From assembly GCA_021160685.1 (NCBI GenBank), contig JAGHCC010000169.1, positions 1 through 25,543 of the forward strand: a stretch of DNA of 25,543 bases. The letters run 5' to 3'. This stretch comes from Desulfobulbaceae bacterium. Lineage in GTDB: Bacteria; Desulfobacterota; Desulfobulbia; Desulfobulbales; SURF-16. This document shows positions 19,138 to 25,543 of the stretch, piece after piece. How positions within the stretch are numbered: the stretch's first letter is position 1; each line of letters begins with the position of its first letter. The notes under the pieces are model-generated. The model worked only from the letters and a program-made list of their open reading frames with translations. It was not told where the DNA came from and did no database searches. Position numbers and translations under genes: made by a program.

Positions 19138-19548
19138 CTAATGCAAGTCCTCACCGGTGCTGCTCATGGCCAGATTTCCGTCTTTGACCCCGCGAATCGC
19201 GGTCAACTTTTCCGCCAGGTCCCGAACTTCCAGGGCCTTGCCCCGGACAATAACCACCTCCAGGCAGTTATCATGATCCATATGAATATGTGTCGTGGAG
19301 ACAATCTGGTGATGAAAACCGTGCTGCAATTCAGTGATCCTCTCCTGGAGCTGATATTGATGATGATCGTAAACCAATGAAATCACGCCGACAACTTCCT
19401 TGCCAGCCTCCCACTCGTCCTGAATAAAAGACTTACGAATCAGATCACGGATAGCCTCGGATCGGTTACTGTACTGACGGCGCAGGATAAAATCATCGAA
19501 TTCCGCCAACAAATTTTCATCAAGAGAGATGGAAAAACGTTTAATCAT
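19138..19548 (-). CDS. nikR: Nickel-responsive regulator NikR
   Basis: Ribbon-helix-helix KRFSISLDENLL...NRSEAIRDLIR; nickel-site residues in LQH...HIHMDHDNCLEV. Confidence 0.95.
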   Translation of the reverse strand: MIKRFSISLDENLLAEFDDFILRRQYSNRSEAIRDLIRKSFIQDEWEAGKEVVGVISLVYDHHQYQLQERITELQHGFHHQIVSTTHIHMDHDNCLEVVIVRGKALEVRDLAEKLTAIRGVKDGNLAMSSTGEDLH

Positions 19549-20090
19549 ATTTTCACCGTTGGTAACAAATTCTGTAACTATTCAAGTTGTGCTCCATAGT
19601 TGGCAAAACTAAATTTTTAGTAATTTAGAGTGAACGATGTTTGAAGTCAAGAAAGTCTCAGCCTGTTTGCCTGAAATTTTTTCAGGCCTGATTCCAGGTG
19701 GCCATTAGAAAAAATCAAAAGCTACGAGGTTGCAGTATCCAATAAGTAAAAAAAAGAGAAAAGAACAGGAAACAACAGATAAAACGAGTAAAGCTGAGCT
19801 TAATGATTTAATTAAGTAGATAAAATCCTAATAGAACACCCATAAAACTATAGAATCACAGGCCTTTTCTGGGGTGCAAAAAAAGCACGATTTTTTAACA
19901 AATTAAAAGACGACTCCGTCAACAACCATGCCATACAGGCTTTTCCAGAGTGTTGATAAGTCTACAAATCAGGATTAAAAATCCGCCTCAACCGTCTTTG
20001 ACAGCTCCCCTCTTTTTTAATTAAAACTAGGCAACATTTCAAACTGATCCCGGTTATTTTTTTTAAACTCTTTTTTTCGACTTACAAACA

Positions 20091-21422
20091 ATGTTGTGGA
20101 ATAATATAAAAAATAAATTGTCTAAAAAGCTGTCAAACAGTGTTTATTCGCTCTGGATTGAGCCAATCTGCTGCCTTAAAGAAGACAGTCAGGGGTTGGA
20201 ACTGGCCGGACCGGATGTTTTTTTCTGTAATTGGATTAAAAATAATTACCTGACAGAGATCAAGAGCTGCCTGGATGAACTTGACCGAAATAATATCACT
20301 ATCCGGTTCACTGTTGATGGTTCGAGTCGAAGGCCGCTGCTCACCGGCAGAAGCGAGCAACTGCGCCTGCCAACCATGCCCAAAGCGCGGTCATACGTTC
20401 GAGCCCTGCACCCCCGCCACACCTTTGCTGAATTTGTGGTCGGAGAAAGCAATATGGTTGCCCACGGTGCCAGCGAGGCAATGGCTATGAACGATACGAC
20501 TCTCGGACCTTGTCTTTATATCAAGGCCGCCACCGGCCTGGGAAAAAGCCACTTGACCCATGCCGTGGCCCACCATATCCTGAATCACTCGCCGGGAACG
20601 CGACTGCAATACCTCACGGCCCAGCAACTCACAGGAGAAATGGTTAAAGCGATTCAAAATAACAGCATGAACAGCTTTAAAAAGAAGTATCAAAACCACT
20701 GCGATATTCTGCTGATTGAAGATATTCACACCTTGGGCGGCAAACCCAAGACCCAGAGTGAACTGGCGGAAACTCTTGATTATCTTATGGATCGAGGAAA
20801 ACGGATTATCATGACCAGCTCCATGACCCCGCTGGATATTCCTGACATTGACTCTGCTTTCCGCTCCAGATTAACCTCTGGACTAATCACCACCATCAAC
20901 CCTCCGGACCTAAAAACCCGTATTCGAATTATCAAAAGAAAAGCCGACAACTGCCAGCTTCCCCTCAACGAAGAACAGATCCTGTTCCTGGCTGAACAGG
21001 TCAAAGGTGACATCCGCCAAATCAAAAGTATCATTGTCGGCATCAAGGCTCAATGCGGCCTGCTCAAAACCAGCCCTGATCTTACTTTGGTCAAGGAAAC
21101 CCTGAGAGATATTATTGGTCGCCACAATGACCTGACCGCCGAAACCATCCGTAATTTTATCGCCAGCCAGTTCAAGGTTACCATTAATGATCTCTGCTCC
21201 AAATCCAGGAAAAAAGCCATTACCTTTCCTCGGCAGATTTCAATGTACCTGGCCCGTAAATACACGAACCAGCCTCTGGCCGATATTGGCAGAGCTTTTA
21301 ACCGGGATCATTCAACCGTGGTTCATTCCGTTCGGGTCATCTCCGATCAAATCACACGATCCGGCAGCGTGCGGGGCCAAGTCGAACTTATTTCCACCAA
21401 GCTTGAAAAACAGTTTTTGTAG
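20091..21422 (+). CDS. dnaA: DnaA family protein (likely a second, divergent paralog)
   Basis: YSLWIEP domain I, HTFAEFVVGESN, Walker A TGLGKSHL, Walker B LLIEDIH, domain IV RQISMYLAR and FNRDHSTVVHS. No dnaN follows. Confidence 0.92.
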   Translation: MLWNNIKNKLSKKLSNSVYSLWIEPICCLKEDSQGLELAGPDVFFCNWIKNNYLTEIKSCLDELDRNNITIRFTVDGSSRRPLLTGRSEQLRLPTMPKARSYVRALHPRHTFAEFVVGESNMVAHGASEAMAMNDTTLGPCLYIKAATGLGKSHLTHAVAHHILNHSPGTRLQYLTAQQLTGEMVKAIQNNSMNSFKKKYQNHCDILLIEDIHTLGGKPKTQSELAETLDYLMDRGKRIIMTSSMTPLDIPDIDSAFRSRLTSGLITTINPPDLKTRIRIIKRKADNCQLPLNEEQILFLAEQVKGDIRQIKSIIVGIKAQCGLLKTSPDLTLVKETLRDIIGRHNDLTAETIRNFIASQFKVTINDLCSKSRKKAITFPRQISMYLARKYTNQPLADIGRAFNRDHSTVVHSVRVISDQITRSGSVRGQVELISTKLEKQFL

Positions 21423-21813
21423 CTCTTCGCAAGCAATGAATACAGATTGAAACGAGTCGTTCCGGCCAACCATCAGAATGGCGCGGAGAAGAGAACTTTT
21501 ATGTCAGCCTCATTTGGAATTTATCTGGTGAGGCTCGACCATACGATCTTTCTTCTGATCCTGCAAAATTTTCCATTTAATTTTTTCACAAAAATATCCT
21601 TCACGCCTTTTCTTTTCTATTTTCCCCGCAGTATTCAGTTAAACAAAATTAATATATTTCTACAGTGCATTTGTCCAATTTTTCCTTTTAACAATTCATG
21701 GAAATCTGTCATAATTTTAATAGAAAAGATGCGACGCTCGTGGCTTGCAAAAAGGTCTTGCCTGTTGCCACGCAAACCGTAAAAAAGCACAAAGGAGATA
21801 ACACGGGAGATGG

Positions 21814-21828
21814 CGGCATATTTTTTGC
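21814..21828 (+). promoter_or_regulatory. Candidate sigma54 (-24/-12) promoter
   Basis: CGGCATATTTTTTGC has GGCA and TTGC at exactly the canonical spacing of TGGCAC-N5-TTGC, about 80 bp upstream of ATG 21910. Confidence 0.55.
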
Positions 21829-21909
21829 GAGTCAATTAAGTAAGATAAAAATTCTGTGCCGCCAAAAACTTATCCCGCTGCTCAAAAAAATAATCAGAGA
21901 TGTCAACCA

Positions 21910-23292
21910 ATGAACACTTTACAGAAATTCAACATCAAAGAAAAAATGATTCTTGGCTACATGCCTATTCTGCTGGCGATCATCGCAATTGCCGTTTTTT
22001 CTCTGCAAAGCCTCAACCAGTTTGAAAGAATCAATAAAGACATCGTGGAAAACGATACCGTTCTCCTCCTGACAACAGACAAATTAGTGGATAATCTTCT
22101 GGCCCAGGAAGCGTATGGCCGGCGCCATATGATTCTGGGGAGCCCGCAGATGCTGGAGTTATTCCGGCAGCGCAGTCATGCCTTTGATTCGCTTATGGAC
22201 CAAATCCGAGCCCTGCCGAAACGTAAAAATATTCCCATCGAACAGCTGGCATCTCTCCATTATGAACTGAATGAGCTGTATACAAAAAATTTTGCATCAT
22301 TAAACAACTCAGCAGCAGGTCCTGTTCCGAGATACGACAATCAAATACAAGGGAAGCTTGACGAGATTCTTGTGCTTATCCAACGTATTGAAAAAGTCGG
22401 CTGGGAAAACCAGCACCAAAAAATAGTCAATGCCAGCACCATCGGCATGAGAACATTCCGGATTACGGGACTGTTATCGGTTTTGGGATTCATCCTGGGA
22501 TTTGTCGCAATATCGTTGATCAGCCGCAGTATCTCCCGCTCAATCCAACAGTTAAAATCTTCCGCCAAGCTGATATCGGAAGGACATTTTGACCATTACC
22601 CGAACGTCGGCACCAAAGACGAATTCAGAGAACTTGCCAGCTCTTTTGGTGACATGGCTCAACGATTGGCGTTTCTGGAAGTGATCCATCGGGACGCAAA
22701 TCCCTTAACCAGACTGCCTGGGGGAACAGCCATTGAAGATGTTCTTAAAAACAGTCTGGCTACGAATAAAAATATTTCATTCTGCATGCTGGACCTGGAT
22801 AATTTCAAGTCATTTAACGACCGCTACGGATATGCCCAGGGCAATGAAATCATCAAGGCGACAGCGGAATTAATCAAATCCACCATTTCCAGGTATAACT
22901 CTGATGACAACTTTGTCGGTCACATTGGCGGAGATGATTTTGTCGCGATTGTCAATCAACGTCACCACAGGGCAATATGCGAGACTATTATCAAAGAATT
23001 TGACCGAATGGTTCCCGATTATTATAATGTCAAAGACAGAAAAAAAGGCTACATTGTCGGCAATACGCGACAGGGACTGGAAGTGAGATTTCCCATCATG
23101 ACTATTTCAATCGCAGTGGTGAACGTTGACCCTCAGAGTCCGACAAATCATTTAATAATCGGGGAGATTGCCGCAGAATTAAAAGGGCACGCCAAGTCGA
23201 TCCCGGGCAGCGTGTTCGTTGTCAACCGCAGAGGTCAGAAAAGACAACAACCCGGTTTCCGGCCTAAGCTTGTCGGCCAAGGTGGGAAATGA
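21910..23292 (+). CDS. Membrane protein: periplasmic helical sensor + HAMP + GGDEF-family domain (GGDDF variant)
   Basis: Two TM segments (MILGYMPILLAIIAIAVFSL; ITGLLSVLGFILGFVAISLI); HAMP (SIQQLKSSAKLISEGHF...DEFRELASSFGDMAQRL); DANPLTRLP, LDLDNFKSFNDRYG, GHIGGDDF, IMTISIAV. ATG 21910 is preferred over the track start at 21856. Confidence 0.88.
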   Translation: MNTLQKFNIKEKMILGYMPILLAIIAIAVFSLQSLNQFERINKDIVENDTVLLLTTDKLVDNLLAQEAYGRRHMILGSPQMLELFRQRSHAFDSLMDQIRALPKRKNIPIEQLASLHYELNELYTKNFASLNNSAAGPVPRYDNQIQGKLDEILVLIQRIEKVGWENQHQKIVNASTIGMRTFRITGLLSVLGFILGFVAISLISRSISRSIQQLKSSAKLISEGHFDHYPNVGTKDEFRELASSFGDMAQRLAFLEVIHRDANPLTRLPGGTAIEDVLKNSLATNKNISFCMLDLDNFKSFNDRYGYAQGNEIIKATAELIKSTISRYNSDDNFVGHIGGDDFVAIVNQRHHRAICETIIKEFDRMVPDYYNVKDRKKGYIVGNTRQGLEVRFPIMTISIAVVNVDPQSPTNHLIIGEIAAELKGHAKSIPGSVFVVNRRGQKRQQPGFRPKLVGQGGK

Positions 23293-24050
23293 AACATTTC
23301 AGGCTACTAAGGACTTGTTCCTTAATAAACTTTACATCTTGCTTGTCTTTTTACCCATACTCTGCGTTGCACAAACAGTTACATAACCGAGCTATGCGCC
23401 TGTTTGTGCGCCTTGATTATGGACAAAAAATCCTGCGCAATATTGTAAAATTTATTTCGTCTCAAATCCTAAAGTCAGATTTTCGACCATTCATTCTCCT
23501 GTTGTCCTGTGTCGGGTTGCTTACAAGCGGCTGTGTTGACAAATCCTTATTCAACACCTATCCCCACTATTACCTGTCCATTGAAAGTGAAAATATTGAA
23601 CCGGAAATCATCCGTCTTGAAAAAACCATAGCCGATAAACCAGATTCAGCGGCTGCCGCAGAGTCATTTTATTATCTTTCCCTCCTCTACTCACACCACA
23701 AAAAACGACAACCCGATTACCAAAAGGCCTTGCAGAATCTTGAAAGCTATATCCGGCTCAATCCCGAGGCAGGAAAGAAAAATGACGTCAAGTACCTTCT
23801 GTCGTTATTCCGGAAGATTGAGACATTAGGAACCAAAAATAATACACTAAAAGCCAAAAACAATGCCCTGAAAGCCAAAAATGATGCCTTAAAAAAAGAT
23901 AGAGTGAAGCTGAAACGCAACAGCACAACATTAAAAAGGGAAAAAGAGCAGCTGACAACAGAAAATCTAAATCTGCAGGACATAATTGAACAGCTGAAGC
24001 TTCTTGATATCCAGCTTGAGAAAAGAAGAAAATCCGTAACTATTCAGTAG
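23289..24050 (+). CDS. Putative lipoprotein with a TPR-like helix pair and C-terminal coiled coil (QseG/YfhG-like)
   Basis: ATGA overlap with the upstream stop; hydrophobic stretch ending LLTSGC; TPR-like SFYYLSLLYSH...DYQKALQNLESYIRLNP; heptad tail ending EQLKLLDIQLEKRRK. The true start may be downstream (e.g. 23394). Confidence 0.65.
   Translation: MKHFRLLRTCSLINFTSCLSFYPYSALHKQLHNRAMRLFVRLDYGQKILRNIVKFISSQILKSDFRPFILLLSCVGLLTSGCVDKSLFNTYPHYYLSIESENIEPEIIRLEKTIADKPDSAAAAESFYYLSLLYSHHKKRQPDYQKALQNLESYIRLNPEAGKKNDVKYLLSLFRKIETLGTKNNTLKAKNNALKAKNDALKKDRVKLKRNSTTLKREKEQLTTENLNLQDIIEQLKLLDIQLEKRRKSVTIQ
23833..23895 (+). repeat. Three imperfect 21-bp tandem repeats encoding heptads
   Basis: ccaaaaataatacactaaaag / ccaaaaacaatgccctgaaag / ccaaaaatgatgccttaaaaa, encoding KNNTLKA KNNALKA KNDALKK. 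Confidence 0.8.
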
Positions 24051-24168
24051 TACCTGTCAGCAGTTAAAAGGGACAGAAATATGAAGCAGAAAAATCAGTC
24101 AATGCCTTATTTCCTATTAACTTCAAGGTGTTGTCGCGATTAAAAAATGCATAATTAAACAAAATCAC

Positions 24169-25542
24169 TCAAAAATAGACCCCTTTTACCGCATCCTTCT
24201 CGGCTTGACCACGGCCACCGGCCACAATCGCCTCGGCAACCCTCCTTGCCGACTTGGTCATATCATTGATTCCGATACCTTCCCAGCCAAAACCGCAGAC
24301 ATACAATCCCTTTTCTTTATCCTCCAACATCCTCCGCCATTCAAGGAGGCGGGGATGATCCATCTCCAGCTGTGGAATACCTCCGGCCGGCTTCAACACC
24401 CTGGCAAAGACCGGCGGCTCGGGCAGATCCATCAGTTGTTTGAGATCGTCAAGAACCCTCTTAATGATTTCCTCGTCAGCCAGCTCCAGTTTTTCCGGAT
24501 GTCGGCGACCGCCGACAAGGGCTTCAATCAGCACATGACCGGCCGGAGCACGGCCGGGAAACATCTGTGATGAAAAAAGAGCGCCCAGGGCAAAACGATT
24601 TTCCCTTTCAGGAGCCAGATAACCGAACCCATAAGGAATTTGAACCCGGTCGGAAAACCCCAAAGCGACATTAAAAATACGTGCCACGGGAATAGCAGCT
24701 ACAGGAGGAGTACTGAGCTTAGAGAGCAGAGAAAGAGCCGGATTGACAGGCAGAGCCATGACCACGTTGTGAGCCGAAAATATTTTCTTTTCCGTGTCAA
24801 TATGGTAGCAGCCATCATCCTGCCTGTTCAGCCGGCATACCGAAGAGTTAAAGACAATCTCCCTGTTCCGGGCCAGAACCTGAACCAGCCGTTCAAGTCC
24901 TTGGGGAAAATTCTTCATGGTCGGCAGGGGGCCGGATCTTTTGCTCTTCTTTTTTTTTGCTTTCAGTCCTCGAAAAATGGAGCCATGCTCCTTCTCCAGC
25001 CGGCGCACGCCCGGCATGACCGCGTCGATACTGAGACGCTGATAATCTCCGGAAAAAGTACCGATCACCGCCACATCCACCAGGGGAAGAACTCCCTTGC
25101 CGAAACGATACTCGGCCCATTGGGCAATGGTCTGATCGGCCTGACAAGGCTTCATCCAGAGATCACCGAGTAGCCGCAGCTTTGCCTTCACTGAAAGCAG
25201 CGGCGTAGTCAGCATACTCTGGGGTTTCTGGGGCAGGGGGATCAGTCTCCCCCGATGGCAGACAAAACGGCGAAAATCGCCAAGGGGCACGGGCTGGGCT
25301 TCTTTTTCAAGACCGGTATCGCGTAGAATTTCCCGGCTTTCCTCGACATTGTCCAAAAAACCGTGCGGCCCACACTCAGCCAAAAATCCATCCTCGGAAA
25401 AAGATTGAATGGCTCCTCCGGCCCGCTCGGACTTTTCAAGAAGCAGGACGCGCAGATCAGGACGTATTTTCTGCAGGAAATGGGCCGTGGCCAGACCGGA
25501 AATGCCGCTGCCGATAATTATCACATCGTAAATTGTTTTCAT
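24169..25542 (-). CDS. hemG: Protoporphyrinogen/coproporphyrinogen oxidase, HemY type
   Basis: FAD-binding IIIGSGISGLATA, EKSERAGGAI, GPHGFL, GFGYLAP, FSSQMFPGRAP, GIPQ, GFGWEGIGIND. Confidence 0.92.
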   Translation of the reverse strand: MKTIYDVIIIGSGISGLATAHFLQKIRPDLRVLLLEKSERAGGAIQSFSEDGFLAECGPHGFLDNVEESREILRDTGLEKEAQPVPLGDFRRFVCHRGRLIPLPQKPQSMLTTPLLSVKAKLRLLGDLWMKPCQADQTIAQWAEYRFGKGVLPLVDVAVIGTFSGDYQRLSIDAVMPGVRRLEKEHGSIFRGLKAKKKKSKRSGPLPTMKNFPQGLERLVQVLARNREIVFNSSVCRLNRQDDGCYHIDTEKKIFSAHNVVMALPVNPALSLLSKLSTPPVAAIPVARIFNVALGFSDRVQIPYGFGYLAPERENRFALGALFSSQMFPGRAPAGHVLIEALVGGRRHPEKLELADEEIIKRVLDDLKQLMDLPEPPVFARVLKPAGGIPQLEMDHPRLLEWRRMLEDKEKGLYVCGFGWEGIGINDMTKSARRVAEAIVAGGRGQAEKDAVKGVYF

Positions 25543-25543
25543 A

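Noticed and set aside
19549-19600. GTAAC motifs upstream of nikR as a NikR operator
   Set aside because: No inverted GTGTTA/GTTAC half-site at the expected spacing.
19998-20027. TTGACA upstream of dnaA as a sigma70 promoter
   Set aside because: Perfect -35, but no TAnnnT hexamer at 16-18 bp spacing.
21447-21913. Short ORFs in the dnaA-GGDEF intergenic region
   Set aside because: Low-complexity AT-rich translations that overlap each other; the region is better explained as promoter DNA.
1-25543. CRISPR arrays, tRNA/rRNA genes, transposases, prophage or defence genes
   Set aside because: No repeat-spacer periodicity, cloverleaf or rRNA signature was seen, and recognisable housekeeping genes account for nearly all coding space.

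Overview
A core-chromosome segment from a Desulfobacterota bacterium, most like Desulfobulbaceae (inferred from gene content: tetraheme cytochrome c3 with System II maturation, NikR, and a dnaA that is not followed by dnaN). Gene order: pabB-ADC lyase fusion (partial, -), CBS-ACT protein (+), soluble ClpB-D2/FtsH-M41 chimera (-), DUF4139-type secreted protein (-), class A PBP (-), cytochrome c3 (-), ccsA-resB (-), rpmB (+), long RSH (-), proS (-), ispG (-), LysR (-), nikR (-), dnaA paralog (+), membrane HAMP-GGDEF protein (+), TPR/coiled-coil putative lipoprotein (+), hemG/hemY (-). I found no rRNA, tRNA, CRISPR array or transposase. Best leads: (1) a sigma54-type promoter ahead of a GlrK/QseE-like sensor that ends in a variant GGDEF domain instead of a kinase, paired with a QseG-like lipoprotein; (2) a membrane-free AAA2-AAA-M41 protease with both ATPase modules degenerate but an intact zinc site, coupled to DUF4139; (3) a long RSH whose hydrolase motif is degenerate at several positions; (4) an in-frame TAA at codon 13 of proS; (5) a perfect 29-bp inverted repeat. 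Caveat: several invariant residues across the window differ from consensus by a single base, so claims that rest on one nucleotide may be sequencing or assembly noise. All family assignments come from motif recognition; no database search was run.
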